A DNA stretch of 30,968 bases from a virus. The notes under the pieces were generated by a model that was not told where the DNA came from, did not search any database, and saw only the letters and a list, made by a program, of their open reading frames with translations. A program made the translations under genes and the position numbers. The stretch lies in the IMG/VR virus record IMGVR_UViG_3300034073_000472, one strand, 5' to 3'. Of the stretch, positions 30,559 through 30,968 are shown in pieces. Numbering within the stretch: position 1 is the first letter of the stretch; every line of letters starts with the position of its first letter.

Positions 30559-30747
30559 CTACTTGCTACCGGACTCTTTGCCATCTTTAGGATCTTTAAG
30601 GAACAACAGGGCGAAGGCACCCATCAGGAATGCCGATACCTCCGTCAGGGTAGCTTTCTCAAAAAACACCAAGACAAAGCAAAGGCCCACTATAAGCAGG
30701 CCTAATACTGTTGTCTTTGGGTCTTTCCAAATACGCTCAATCAACAT
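30559..30747 (-). CDS. Holin candidate (62 aa, two TM helices, charged C-terminus)
   Basis: TTVLGLLIVGLCFVLVFF and VSAFLMGAFALLFL, followed by KDPKDGKESGSK. It ends in TAG, and the frame stays open beyond it (see findings). Confidence 0.6.
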   Translation of the reverse strand: MLIERIWKDPKTTVLGLLIVGLCFVLVFFEKATLTEVSAFLMGAFALLFLKDPKDGKESGSK

Positions 30748-30910
30748 TGTTTTTTTCCTTTAGCCAATCTCTGCGCCACTTCCACAAGGTGTAGGCAAGC
30801 GATGCCAAAAGCACCGCCAAGCCCAATACCTGATGAACGTACCCGACAAGGAGTCCTGCTCCCGTTAAAGACCAAGAGGTGATAACTGAATCAGCCGACT
30901 CCTTTGTCAT
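30737..30910 (-). CDS. Second holin-like membrane protein (57 aa), below the track cutoff; its 5' end lies in the terminal repeat
   Basis: Hand translation from ATG 30910-30908 (equivalent to 41-39): MTKESADSVITSWSLTGAGLLVGYVHQVLGLAVLLASLAYTLWKWRRDWLKEKNNVD, ending at TGA. It overlaps the 62-aa start by 11 nt. Confidence 0.45.
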   Translation of the reverse strand: MTKESADSVITSWSLTGAGLLVGYVHQVLGLAVLLASLAYTLWKWRRDWLKEKNNVD

Positions 30911-30968
30911 CTTTGTTGATTGTATTCTCGTAGGCCTGAATCAGTACACGGACTTCATCAAGTTGCAT
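30870..30968. repeat. Terminal direct repeat, copy 2 (identical to 1..99)
   Basis: Exact 99-nt identity with the start of the window. Confidence 0.95.

Noticed and set aside
1-30968. Genome-wide TAG (amber) recoding to an amino acid
   Set aside because: If TAG were a sense codon throughout, many genes would appear fragmented in a standard-code ORF track. Instead, genes are intact and abut each other. TAG ends several genes at sensible boundaries; for example the 237-aa gene stops at TAG with a TAA two codons later and the next ATG immediately after. No suppressor tRNA is encoded. Only the holin extension remains as a local curiosity.
1-30968. CRISPR arrays, integrase/attachment sites, transposases and a diversity-generating retroelement near the fibre gene
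   Set aside because: I found no spaced direct-repeat array, no tyrosine/serine recombinase or transposase motif, and no reverse transcriptase. I also found no template/variable repeat pair matching the fibre C-terminus. The only long exact repeat is the 99-nt terminal overlap.

Overview
The window is a complete, circularly closed tailed-phage (Caudoviricetes) genome. Its first 99 nt are repeated exactly as its last 99 nt, giving a unit length of 30,869 bp. Every credible gene (about 58, including five sub-60-aa ORFs I added by hand) is on the minus strand, packed tightly with many ATGA or short overlaps. Transcription appears to run from high to low coordinates, starting at an AT-rich, repeat-laden 308-bp intergenic hub (29149-29456). 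The gene order in that direction is as follows. (1) An early replication/recombination module: DUF3310-like, RusA, an SSB-like protein, a DnaB/RecA-family helicase, a DnaA-domain-IV-like HTH protein, a sigma factor, two PD-(D/E)XK nucleases and many small acidic ORFs. (2) An operon of three predicted glycosyltransferases, a SAM methyltransferase, an HNH endonuclease and a ParB-like protein, running straight into terS/terL. (3) Tail genes, a tape-measure-like gene, an XkdF-type protease, scaffold, HK97-fold major capsid protein, a portal-MuF fusion and a tail fibre. (4) Across the circular junction, two holin-like genes, an M15 endolysin and a unimolecular spanin. I saw no integrase, repressor, tRNA, CRISPR array or reverse transcriptase. 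The near absence of Shine-Dalgarno sequences and three TAnnTTTG boxes upstream of early genes suggest a Bacteroidota host; this is inference. The most unusual items are: the glycan-type enzyme operon fused to the packaging genes; a 236-bp spacer inside the lysis cassette where the holin frame stays open through two in-frame TAG codons; a Trp-rich motif shared by two tiny ORFs and a large tail protein; and the iteron-like intergenic hub. All functional calls rest on motif recognition by eye. No database search was run.
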